From Candidatus Latescibacterota bacterium (GTDB taxonomy: Bacteria; Latescibacterota; UBA2968; UBA8231): a stretch of 64,000 nucleotides of DNA. The translations under genes were made by a program, and so were the position numbers. The stretch covers positions 5,472,001 to 5,536,000 of the forward strand of contig OZ253462.1 of NCBI GenBank assembly GCA_965261395.1, read 5' to 3'. Position 1 is the stretch's first letter. Every line of letters starts with the position of its first letter. Of the stretch, positions 1-8,939 are shown one piece after another. The notes beneath the pieces are model-generated. The model saw only the letters and a list, made by a program, of their open reading frames with translations, searched no databases and was not told where the DNA came from.

Positions 1-2
1 TG

Positions 3-1205
3 GCGGAAGGCCCGCCGCTCTTCGACTTGCACCCACTGCAAGCTTCCGTCCGGCGCGAGCGAACCGTCGGATAGTTTCATCCGATAATTGCCCAGTGTGC
101 CTCCGGCACTGCGGGCCGCAGGCGGCAGAAAGTGAAATAGATCCAGCCAGTACAAAGCGCCTAGGTCGAAGAAGACTTGCCGTTCGGGCTCGGCCGCCTC
201 GCGGGTGTAACTCTGCTGCAAGCCGTACCAAGTGGTGTAGTCCCCATCGAGGCTGCGGGTCGGATTAAAGCCGTGCCCTTCCACTGTGCCACCCCGCTGG
301 ATCGCCCCCAGCGATATATTCTCGCCCAAGGTCCAGACCTCGACCTCGGCGAGGCGCGGTTGTTCGCGGCGGTAATAGCGGATCGAACCCCGCTCGGACG
401 GATCGAGCAGCGCATAGGCTTCCTCGTCGAGGAGCCACTCGCTCCCGGAGCGGCTGCGGCCAAAGTACTCCACTGCGCCCTGCAAAGCCGCTGGCAAATT
501 CTGGTAGGCCAAGCTGTCCACTTCCTCGGCCTTGCCCAAGCGGGTGTCCGTCATCACCACCTGCACAAAGCGAAAGGCATCGCCGGTAAAATGGGGATCG
601 GCACTTTGAAAGGGCTCTAGAGCAAAAGAAAATTCGCGTTGGTCAACATTCGGCCGCTCGGTCTTGCCGACCAAGTGATAATCGAGATTATCGCCTACCT
701 TGCCCTCGCCGTCGGCCACCATCAGGCGGAATTGGTAAAACGGATCGCCCGCGCCTGCTTGGGCGAAGCGCAAAACGATGCGCTTGGCCGATACGATCCG
801 CCCCAAGTCAATCGCCACCCACCACAGATTCTGTGGATCGTCTAGGTCGGGCTCCCAGTAGGTATCTACATTGCCGTCGAGGAGGCGCGCCGCCCCGGCC
901 AGACCGGATCCAGCGGCCAGAATCCCCCCCTCCTTTTCGTCCTCGTCGGCCCCTAGAGGAAAGCGGTTCGCATTGAGGCTAGCATTGATTTCCGGTGCCA
1001 CAAAGTGGGGCCTAGCGCCCTCGGAGTCGATATCGACCGTGCCAAAGGGGAACAGCCATTGCCGCCACTGGTCCGCGCCTTGGGTGACAATGAGGTCGCC
1101 TTGGATCGCGTACCCCTCTTGGGCCCCTGCGGCCCGACAACCAAGCGCGACGACCAAAATCCAGATCGCCCAATGCCCGCTCGTCATAGAAATTCTCTTT
1201 TGCAT
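3..1205 (-). CDS. Secreted 'subfamily II' protein, paralog of 58472..61807 (discoidin/F5-8-like N-terminal region); 3'-truncated by the window edge and absent from the ORF track
   Basis: Translated by hand: ATG at 1205, 4 nt after the stop of 1210..3942, and the frame stays open to the edge. MQKRISMTSGHWAIWILVVALGCRAAGA-QEGYAIQG is a signal peptide. LLDGNVDTYWEPD, WVAIDLGRIV, PRLAEVEVW and FDLGALYWLD match LDGDLSTFWEPD, IEVDLGRLV, PRIAEVQVW and YDLGAVFWVD in 58472..61807. Confidence 0.85.
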   Translation of the reverse strand, partial: MQKRISMTSGHWAIWILVVALGCRAAGAQEGYAIQGDLIVTQGADQWRQWLFPFGTVDIDSEGARPHFVAPEINASLNANRFPLGADEDEKEGGILAAGSGLAGAARLLDGNVDTYWEPDLDDPQNLWWVAIDLGRIVSAKRIVLRFAQAGAGDPFYQFRLMVADGEGKVGDNLDYHLVGKTERPNVDQREFSFALEPFQSADPHFTGDAFRFVQVVMTDTRLGKAEEVDSLAYQNLPAALQGAVEYFGRSRSGSEWLLDEEAYALLDPSERGSIRYYRREQPRLAEVEVWTLGENISLGAIQRGGTVEGHGFNPTRSLDGDYTTWYGLQQSYTREAAEPERQVFFDLGALYWLDLFHFLPPAARSAGGTLGNYRMKLSDGSLAPDGSLQWVQVEERRAFR

Positions 1206-1209
1206 TTTG

Positions 1210-3942
1210 CTACTCCAGACCGGCGTAGAACGAAACAAAGACGAGGCTGCCAGTTTTGATCTCGGACTTTCGGCCAACGCGCTCGAACTGGTCCCGATCA
1301 AAGCGCAGGCCGCACTGCATGATCGAGCGGTAGCCCATGTACGTGCCGTAATTGGCCAACTGGATCGCCAAGATCGTCTGCTGGCCATCGCCGGTCCGCT
1401 CGCCCGCAGCCATTTGCTTTATGTCCGTCGCTAGATCGGTGGTGAAGACCTGTTCAACACCTGTCTCAAGCCACGACTCCTTGAGAATGGGGAATCGCAC
1501 GCTGAACGACAGCATCTGTTTCCACCACTGGCGCTCGCTTTCCCGCGCGAGATAGGGGACGTCCCAGAAGAACTCGTTTTTAAGACGCGGACGGATGTGC
1601 ACTCGGCCAATATCGCGGCCGTAATCAGCTTTGTTGACCACGCCCAAAAAGCGCCCGACGCGGCGGGCACCGCGCTCGGTGAGCACCTGCTGCTCGTCGC
1701 GCTGATGCAAGATCTCGTACTTGAATTTGTTGATTACATGCAGGGATTCTATGCCGGTGTAGTCGAACCCTAGCCACGCGCTGTTGATCCAAGTGTTCTG
1801 GGCTGCCAGCGGATCCCCCACCACCGCCTGCTGAGTGCCAATGGCTTGCGGGGCTGCCAAGCGGTCATCCGCTACATTGTCGCGCACCTTCTTCAGGTGC
1901 TCGAAAACGCGCAGGCGACCCATGCCGGGCCAGTCCTGCTCTAGGGTAAAAAGGCCGTACGCCGCCTCGCTGCGTCGCTTGGTTGACAACTGCCACTGCC
2001 GAGTCTGGCCCACGGTCAGGCGCACCTCGGGCACTACATCGACCCCGCCGTACACATTGTATCCCCGCAGATTCCGGTCGTAGGGATAATCGGGATCAAC
2101 GTCGTCTTCAAAGCGGTCGATCCAGCCGTTGTTGTTCATGTCCATGCCAAACAGGAACTCGGGGCGATCGACGTTAAAGCGCAAAAAGGGCTCCTCGTAA
2201 TCAGCCAGTGCATTGCGGCGCGTCGGCGTATCGTTCTGATTGAAATCGGAGATAAAATCGCCGTTTTCGTCCCAACCGGGGAACACCGCCGGATCGGCCG
2301 CCCCCTCGCCGGTGGAAAGGGTTTGCCCCAACCCCGATGACTGCCAGCGGCGCTTTTGGTCCGGGAAGCGGTCCAAGTCGTCGTTGTCGTCGACATAGTC
2401 GTATAAAAAGGACTCTTGATCGACGTAATCGACCCGCCCGTTGGTCTCGGTCATAAAGACGCTGGTGGCGTAATCCGGGCCCATGCTGAAGACTTCGCCG
2501 TACAGAAAATAGGGCGCGCGTGTTTGCGCTAGGTTGACCATCCACGCCTGGGCCTGTCTGGAGGATGTTCGGTGGGTCGCCAGCAAGGGGCTGGGGTACT
2601 GCGCAAAGCGGTGGTTGACGTTTAACTCGGCGTACAGGTCAAAACCCCACAGTTGGCGCACTTCCAAGGTGAGGCCAGCGATCTGATTGGCCGTGGGCAG
2701 ACCGTAGTCAAAACGCAGGGTGCGCCGATTGGAAGTATCGCCGACATTGCCCGGCGCGCTCTCGACTAAGAGAAAGACCGGCTGCGCCTCTATATTGGTC
2801 TGGCGATTCGAAGCCACCTCGACCCGATAATCATTGGCCAAGACCAATTCAAAGCGCACCTCGGCGAGGGAGTCAGCCGTAGTCGGCAGCCACGCAGGCT
2901 CGCCTTCTACCTCCACGACCCGCGCCGCGGCCAAGGCTTCGAGATTGTAGCGCAACACAATGCGGTCGCCGCCGTCGGCCACGGCAAAACCATCGCGCAG
3001 TTCGCCGCCCGTGCGCGACGGCACGTAACCGACCTGAGCGCCGTTCCACTGATGGCCGTTTACATCCTTGAGGAGGATGTTCTCGGCAAAGAGTACGGCC
3101 CCATTCTCGCCATCTTCGGGCGAATCGTCGCCGAGGCGCACCTCGACAAAAGTGACGGCGTTGCTGGCTTGGTCGGTGGTGAGAAACCCCTTGAACATAT
3201 TGCCGGCAAAGCGCTCCAAGGTCGCGCGGCTGTTGTGGCTGTTGACGTACGTACCGCCAACCGTGATGTGATCGCCCAACTGGGTAGTGAGACGCCCGGC
3301 GGTCAATTCCGTGGCATTGGTCAGCCCCACGTCGAACGACGAGGCGGTGACCAGCGGCGCGCTGATGCGCGACAACAGCACCGTGCCGGCGTAGCGGTCC
3401 CGCAGATAGTGGAACTGGACGCCGTTGAAGACGGCCTTGCGAAACGTCATCGGCGTGAGGGTGGTGGCGATTTTATCGCCTAGCGTCAGGGAGAAATGAT
3501 GCTGTCCCTTGGAGTCGGAGGCGATGACTAGATTCTGGAAACTGCCGCCGTAGGGCAGGCCCTTGAGCAGACTGTTGCCCTCCGAGGCCCTCGGCTGTTC
3601 TTTTCTCGCCTCGTAGACCAACCACCCGTGCATCACGCGGCGGCCAAACAGATCGTAGAAGTAATCTCCTTCGAGCGTCGCCGATAGATAGCTGCGATAG
3701 AAATTCCTCGCATAATTGGTGTATTCCCACTGCTTCAGGCGGTGTTCGCTGTACAATTCCTCGGGCATGTACCACTTCTGTACCCGCGGGTCGATGGCGT
3801 TGATGAGCGTGCTGCGGCTGCGCGTGAGAAATTGCAGCTCGACGCCGTGCCCCTGCCCCAAGCGATTGCCGTATTCCTCGGAGCGGAGATCGCCAGGGCC
3901 GAGCGCCAACAGGGCGAGTATGGTAATGACCGCACGTGCCAC
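1210..3942 (-). CDS. ~910-aa exported protein, predicted outer-membrane beta-barrel with acidic Ca-binding-like loops (paralog A)
   Basis: Signal peptide. KWYMPEELY, TTLTPMTFRK, YGLPTANQI, DDNDDLDRFPD and RPEFLFGMDMNNNGWIDRFE are shared with 3945..6674 and 55675..58425. Amphipathic strands in the C-terminal third, ending FVSFYAGLE. Confidence 0.75.
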   Translation of the reverse strand: MARAVITILALLALGPGDLRSEEYGNRLGQGHGVELQFLTRSRSTLINAIDPRVQKWYMPEELYSEHRLKQWEYTNYARNFYRSYLSATLEGDYFYDLFGRRVMHGWLVYEARKEQPRASEGNSLLKGLPYGGSFQNLVIASDSKGQHHFSLTLGDKIATTLTPMTFRKAVFNGVQFHYLRDRYAGTVLLSRISAPLVTASSFDVGLTNATELTAGRLTTQLGDHITVGGTYVNSHNSRATLERFAGNMFKGFLTTDQASNAVTFVEVRLGDDSPEDGENGAVLFAENILLKDVNGHQWNGAQVGYVPSRTGGELRDGFAVADGGDRIVLRYNLEALAAARVVEVEGEPAWLPTTADSLAEVRFELVLANDYRVEVASNRQTNIEAQPVFLLVESAPGNVGDTSNRRTLRFDYGLPTANQIAGLTLEVRQLWGFDLYAELNVNHRFAQYPSPLLATHRTSSRQAQAWMVNLAQTRAPYFLYGEVFSMGPDYATSVFMTETNGRVDYVDQESFLYDYVDDNDDLDRFPDQKRRWQSSGLGQTLSTGEGAADPAVFPGWDENGDFISDFNQNDTPTRRNALADYEEPFLRFNVDRPEFLFGMDMNNNGWIDRFEDDVDPDYPYDRNLRGYNVYGGVDVVPEVRLTVGQTRQWQLSTKRRSEAAYGLFTLEQDWPGMGRLRVFEHLKKVRDNVADDRLAAPQAIGTQQAVVGDPLAAQNTWINSAWLGFDYTGIESLHVINKFKYEILHQRDEQQVLTERGARRVGRFLGVVNKADYGRDIGRVHIRPRLKNEFFWDVPYLARESERQWWKQMLSFSVRFPILKESWLETGVEQVFTTDLATDIKQMAAGERTGDGQQTILAIQLANYGTYMGYRSIMQCGLRFDRDQFERVGRKSEIKTGSLVFVSFYAGLE

Positions 3943-3944
3943 GA

Positions 3945-6674
3945 CTAGAGGCCCAGACCGGCGTACACCGTGATGAAGGTTGTGAAACCGGTCGAGGTCC
4001 TATTCCCCAGGCCAAAATCGGTGGTTTTCTTTTCGACGACTTCCGCCGCCCGGCGCTCGTATTGGAACCCGAGTTGCGTGATCAGTTTATAGCCCAAGTA
4101 ATCGCTGATATTGGTCGCCTGGATCGCCAGGATCGTCTCTCGCTGATCCCCGGTATCCACCCCTTCGGCCCCAGCCGCAACTAAGGCCCCTTCGTCGCTT
4201 AGCAACTCCCAGCGGTAATTTTGTTCCAAGCCCGCTTCTATTTGGGTGCGCGGCATCAGCGGCAGACGAGTGATGAAGAACAGACTCGGAGTCCACTGCT
4301 TGCGCTCGTCTTCGGCCCGCAGAAAGGGCGAATCAATCAGGTACTCGCTTTTGACCCGAGGCATCAATTCCACCCCTGCTATGCCGAGGGAATATTCGGC
4401 TTTATTGATCAGCCCGAAAAAGCGCGAGTCCTGCCGAGCGCCTAGTTCCGCCAATACTTCATCGTCGAGCAATTGATGGAAAAACTCGTACTTGAGCTTG
4501 TTTTCCACCGTCAGGTTGGCCGTGCCCGTGTAGTTGAAGCCCAACCACACGGTGTTGATCCAAGTGTCTCGGGCCGGTAGTACATCCTGCACAGGGAGCT
4601 GCGGCCCGCGGAAAAAGGGCAGGGGCGCGATGCGGTCGTCGGCTATAGTGTCGCGCGCCCGTTTCAGATGTTCAAAAACCCGGATGCGCCCCAGGCCGGC
4701 GATATCCTTGTCAAAGGCGAAGAGGGCGTAACTGGTCTCGCTGCGGCGAGCGGCCGAGATCAACCACTGCCGGGTTCGCCCCGCGGTCAGCCGGGTCTCC
4801 GGCGTCAGGTGGATGCCGCCGTAGGCGTTGTATCCCCGATGGTCGCGCTTGTAGGGGAAGTCGGGCTCGGTGTCGTTCTCAAAGCGGTCGATCCAGCCAT
4901 TGTTGTTGAGGTCAATGCCAAAGAGGAACTCGGGCCGGTCGCTGTGGTAGCGCAGGAAGGGTTCTTCGTAATCGGGCAACTGATTCTCGCGCGTGCGGTT
5001 GTCATTTTGGTTGAAGTCATTGATGAAATCGTTGTTCTCGTCCCAGCCCGGAAAGACCTCGATATCGGGACCGGCCTGGTAGGTGCGCCCCCAGTCGGGG
5101 GTGCGGTCTTGGTCGTCGTTGTCCTCGACGAACTCGAAGAATCGGTTCTGGGTCGAATAGTCGATGACGCCCCGCTGGTCGCTGAGAAAAATGCTGGTCG
5201 CGTAGTCTTTGCCCATGCTGAAGGCCTCGCCATAGACAAACCACGGATAGGCGTTTTTCGCCGCGTTCAGCATCCAGGCGTCGGCCCGCCGCGCAGCCGA
5301 TTCGTGGTCGCCTTCTACATTGGGGTTGGGGTACTTCCTGAATCGGTGGTTGACCGCGTACTCGGCATAGGTGTCAAAGCCCAAGAAGCTCGTCGTCGCG
5401 AGGTGGAAGCCGAAAATTTGGTTGGCGGTGGGCAAACCGTAGTCAAAGCGCACCAGCCGCTGGTTCGAAGTATCGCGCACATTGCCGTCGGCCCGGACGA
5501 TTAGCAGGGGGTGGAATTCTCCGGCGCGACTCAGTTGGCGGTTGGAGGCCATCGACACCTTGTAGTCGTTGGCCAGTACCAACTCGAACGCGACCTCGAC
5601 GATGGTCGAGGGGTCGGGGCCCAGATAGGCGCGGTCGGAAAAATCGTAGATCAGGCGAATGGTCTCGTCCCCGTCCGCAGCCAAAAAGCCCCCCTGCCGC
5701 TGGAAACCGCCCTGGACGAGGGGCGTGAAGTTGATCTCCTTGCCCGTGATGGTTTCGCGCTCGCCAGTATTGAAGTCGCGGATGGCAGTGATGATGATAT
5801 TTTGCGAAAACAGCGCCGCCCCACCCCGGCCGTCGGCGGGCGAATCGTCTTCGAGTAGGATTTCGATGCGGGTGACAGCGCTGCTGTTCTGATCGACGGT
5901 CAAATCGCCTTGGGCGCGGCCACCGAGAAAGCTCTCCAACAGCGTATTGGACTGGTGGGCGTTGATGTACGTGGTCCCCAAGGTGACGAAATCGCCCACC
6001 TGAGCGGTAAAGTGGCCGCCGAGAAAATCGGTGGTATTCGACACGCCCGTGGGTACGGCACCGACGGCGACGCCCACTTGGTTGGGGGCGCTGATGCGCG
6101 ACATCAGCACCGTAGCCTGGTACTTGTCCGAGGCGAAATCGGCTTGGATGCCATTGAAGGCCGGCTTGGAAAAAGTCAGCGGCGTCAGCGTCGTGCGAAT
6201 GCTGTTGCCAATGGTCACCGCGTAGTGGTTCTGGCCCTTGCTGTCGGAGGCGATCAAGACGTTGTTGAACCAAGAGCCGTAGCGGCTGTCCTTGAAGACC
6301 GTGCTGCCAAACTCGGCCGGTTGCTGCCGGCGCATGTCGTAGATCAGCCAACCTTGGGTGACAAAATTGCCGTAGAGGTCGTAGAAGTAATTGCCCTCTA
6401 TGGCCGTATTGACGTAGCGCTGATAATTCTCGCGGGCGTAGTTGTTGTACTGCCAAGGCCGCCAGCGGTACTCGTTGTAGAGTTCCTGGGGCACGTACCA
6501 GCGTTTGAGGGTCGGATCGAGGGCGTCAAAGAGCACGCCCGGCCCCCGAGGTTCATACGACACCCGACCGCCGCGCTGCACCCCGAGGCGAGAGCCGTAA
6601 TCCTGCGCTTGGAGCCCATCTGGACTCAGCAAGCCGCTGAGGAGCAGGAAAACCAACCCGTATTTGCCATACAT
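3945..6674 (-). CDS. ~910-aa exported predicted beta-barrel protein (paralog B)
   Basis: Signal peptide ending LQA-Q, SD GGAGG upstream, the same conserved blocks as paralogs A and C, and the end FITVYAGLGL. Confidence 0.75.
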   Translation of the reverse strand: MYGKYGLVFLLLSGLLSPDGLQAQDYGSRLGVQRGGRVSYEPRGPGVLFDALDPTLKRWYVPQELYNEYRWRPWQYNNYARENYQRYVNTAIEGNYFYDLYGNFVTQGWLIYDMRRQQPAEFGSTVFKDSRYGSWFNNVLIASDSKGQNHYAVTIGNSIRTTLTPLTFSKPAFNGIQADFASDKYQATVLMSRISAPNQVGVAVGAVPTGVSNTTDFLGGHFTAQVGDFVTLGTTYINAHQSNTLLESFLGGRAQGDLTVDQNSSAVTRIEILLEDDSPADGRGGAALFSQNIIITAIRDFNTGERETITGKEINFTPLVQGGFQRQGGFLAADGDETIRLIYDFSDRAYLGPDPSTIVEVAFELVLANDYKVSMASNRQLSRAGEFHPLLIVRADGNVRDTSNQRLVRFDYGLPTANQIFGFHLATTSFLGFDTYAEYAVNHRFRKYPNPNVEGDHESAARRADAWMLNAAKNAYPWFVYGEAFSMGKDYATSIFLSDQRGVIDYSTQNRFFEFVEDNDDQDRTPDWGRTYQAGPDIEVFPGWDENNDFINDFNQNDNRTRENQLPDYEEPFLRYHSDRPEFLFGIDLNNNGWIDRFENDTEPDFPYKRDHRGYNAYGGIHLTPETRLTAGRTRQWLISAARRSETSYALFAFDKDIAGLGRIRVFEHLKRARDTIADDRIAPLPFFRGPQLPVQDVLPARDTWINTVWLGFNYTGTANLTVENKLKYEFFHQLLDDEVLAELGARQDSRFFGLINKAEYSLGIAGVELMPRVKSEYLIDSPFLRAEDERKQWTPSLFFITRLPLMPRTQIEAGLEQNYRWELLSDEGALVAAGAEGVDTGDQRETILAIQATNISDYLGYKLITQLGFQYERRAAEVVEKKTTDFGLGNRTSTGFTTFITVYAGLGL

Positions 6675-6704
6675 AAGAAACGCCCTCCCACAGGTATCGC
6701 TTGT

Positions 6705-8825
6705 TCAGTACGCCACACTGACGAGGCTGGTTTTTGCCTCGGAGCCCACATTGGTATCGAGCAAGACGCGGACCAAATAGATGCCGGGGGCCACCACAGC
6801 GCCGTTGTCATCCCGCCCATCCCAGGCGGCTGCAAAGCGGCCGCTGGCCCGGTCGCCGGCAAAGGCCGCGGCGATAAAACGCCCGCTTAGATCGCGAATC
6901 TCCACCCTCAGCGGAGCACCTACGCCCAGCCGCAGCACCTCAAAGTGAACCGCAGCCGCATCGTTGATTCCGTCGCCGTTGGGGGTAAAAACCTCGGGGG
7001 TCACTTGGAGCTGGCCCAGCAGCGATCCCCTGATGGCAATGCGCACCGCCAGATTGTTATCCACCGCGGTCAGATCCTCGCTGCCCACCGGCCGCGGATC
7101 CACATCTTCGGCCCCCAGTTGGGCCGCATTGCCCGGCACGACCAACTGCGGCAATTGCCCTTCGTCGGCCGCAGCGGGATCGACCAGCCAAGCTCTACCG
7201 GCAAATCCCTGACCAAAACGCAGGACCGAAGTCGTGAACGCGATCTTGAGCAAATCGCCATCGCCGACTAGTGGAAAGCCGACGACAAAGCGGCCGTCGG
7301 CAGCGCTCTCAATGCTGAATTCGCCCTTGTGCAGAGGCAATTGCGCTTCGGCGAGGACCACGTCAAAATCCTCTCCAGCGATGAGTTCGTCTCGGGCATT
7401 GAGCACCTCTAGGCGGCCGATTTTTTCAAAGATACTCGGCGAGGATATTTCAAAGCGATTGAAACCCGTATCCTGCGGCCGGACGCCCACCCGCGCCCCA
7501 TAGGTGAACTCCACCGCTTCCCCAGCGGCGACCTCGCGGGGGAAAATTTCGCCGACGATTTTTTCGGCCGGCACAGGTCTGGCGACATCAAAGGACAAGG
7601 TGCCAACCCCGGCTGCGGCGAGAAAATCGCGGCTGACAAAATCGATCCTGAACTGGAAGTACTGCCGCGGACCGGGCGAGACAATCGGCGTGCCAGCCGG
7701 GGTCGTGCCCTCTAACGGATAGGGGGGCGACCAATTGCTCCAGTTGATTAGGTCGTCCCGGATGGGCGCTTTTTGCTGGAGGGGCAGACTGGCGTGATCG
7801 GCCTGCGAGAGGGCGAGGTCCTGCCGGACGGATTCGGGTTGGGAATTGTAATGATCGAACGCCTCGTCAATGGGCAGGTCGTCGAGCAAGACGCCGTTGA
7901 TTTCGGCTGACTCGTTCCAAGGGACTTCCTGCAAATCGGCGCTGAAGCGATTGAAGACAAAGGGCGTCGTGTCGCGGCCAGAACGGGTGAAAACGCGAAT
8001 ATCCGACAAGCCGGCGATGCCCTCGCGCCGCTCGCTCCAGCGCAAATTGCCCCAGTTGGCCAGATCGCCTAAGTCGAAGATATCCGACAGGTACTGAGCT
8101 TCGGGCACAAAGCCGGCGCCAAATACCTCCAACTCGTCCACTTCAAAGCCGATATTGGACAGCGACACCAGCCGCACATAGCGCACAAATTGCAGGGGCA
8201 GGGACAAATCGACGACGGCGTCTGTATTGTCCTCGACCCGGACGAAGGTAGTGTACTGCGGGCGGCCTTCCACGGCCGTCTCTTCGCTGCCGTCGTTTAG
8301 TTCTAAGGAATAGCCCCGCATGAAGTCGTTTTCGAACTTGAACTCCGCATTGGCGCGGATGGTGTTGCGCGGGAAAAACCGGATCCGGTCGACGCCAAAG
8401 CGCGCACCTAAATCCAAGTCCATAATGATGCCACGGGCGATGACCACTTCCCCGGCGGCGCTGGCCTTGCGGCGAAAGGCCGTTTCCGCATCCTCGTCGA
8501 TCATGGCCGCCAGCGAAGCCTGGCTGATCGAGGGCAGGGGCGAACTCATGCCGCCGCCCCGGTCGGCCGAACCCAGGGCCAGATTGCGCCCCGTGTCGAT
8601 CTGTTGCGGGAAAATCCACCCCCCGGCAAACGCGAAGTCGATGACGCCGCCCGGCGTATTGCCAATGGCCAACTCGGTATTAGACAAGCGGAATTGCGGG
8701 TCGATTTCTTCCCCGCCACCCGACCACGCACGCTCCCCTTCCCCCAAGGCGATCGTCTGCGCTGGGGAGTCGGCTGCCAACGACAGCAACACCAAGGCGA
8801 GAAGGCCGTACCTTTTCCTGCTCAT
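6705..8825 (-). CDS. Secreted 'subfamily I' protein with C-terminal T9SS-CTD/FlgD-Ig-like domain
   Basis: Signal peptide; DLGARFGVDRIRFFP; WSNWSPPY..SPGPRQYFQ; VFTPNGDGIND...WDGRDDNG..VAPGIY...VSVAY*. Confidence 0.8.
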   Translation of the reverse strand: MSRKRYGLLALVLLSLAADSPAQTIALGEGERAWSGGGEEIDPQFRLSNTELAIGNTPGGVIDFAFAGGWIFPQQIDTGRNLALGSADRGGGMSSPLPSISQASLAAMIDEDAETAFRRKASAAGEVVIARGIIMDLDLGARFGVDRIRFFPRNTIRANAEFKFENDFMRGYSLELNDGSEETAVEGRPQYTTFVRVEDNTDAVVDLSLPLQFVRYVRLVSLSNIGFEVDELEVFGAGFVPEAQYLSDIFDLGDLANWGNLRWSERREGIAGLSDIRVFTRSGRDTTPFVFNRFSADLQEVPWNESAEINGVLLDDLPIDEAFDHYNSQPESVRQDLALSQADHASLPLQQKAPIRDDLINWSNWSPPYPLEGTTPAGTPIVSPGPRQYFQFRIDFVSRDFLAAAGVGTLSFDVARPVPAEKIVGEIFPREVAAGEAVEFTYGARVGVRPQDTGFNRFEISSPSIFEKIGRLEVLNARDELIAGEDFDVVLAEAQLPLHKGEFSIESAADGRFVVGFPLVGDGDLLKIAFTTSVLRFGQGFAGRAWLVDPAAADEGQLPQLVVPGNAAQLGAEDVDPRPVGSEDLTAVDNNLAVRIAIRGSLLGQLQVTPEVFTPNGDGINDAAAVHFEVLRLGVGAPLRVEIRDLSGRFIAAAFAGDRASGRFAAAWDGRDDNGAVVAPGIYLVRVLLDTNVGSEAKTSLVSVAY

Positions 8826-8871
8826 GCGTTTCTTTCTATAGCAGTCCTATTATGACTTAAACGATTCAGGT

Positions 8872-8939
8872 TGCGGATCATCTTGTTTCTACTATTCTGC
8901 GTCCATCTGCGTCCATCTGCGGATCGTCTAGTTTCTACT
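8872..8939. repeat. Imperfect 22-nt direct repeat (46-nt period) enclosing a short CTGCGTCCAT tandem repeat
   Basis: tgcggatcatcttgtttctact (8872-8893) vs tgcggatcgtctagtttctact (8918-8939); ctgcgtccat x2 plus ctgcgg at 8897-8922. Confidence 0.7.

Noticed and set aside
161-1434. Short ORFs listed in the track at the left edge
   Set aside because: They overlap a continuous minus-strand frame (3..1205) with clear paralogy to 58472..61807.
4668-6890. Long alternative-frame ORFs (278, 337 and 326 aa)
   Set aside because: They are antisense or out-of-frame shadows of the 909-aa gene, as expected at high GC.
6705-8825. Flagellar hook-capping FlgD genes
   Set aside because: Only the C-terminal Ig-like domain resembles FlgD; the proteins have Sec signal peptides and there are no flagellar genes nearby.
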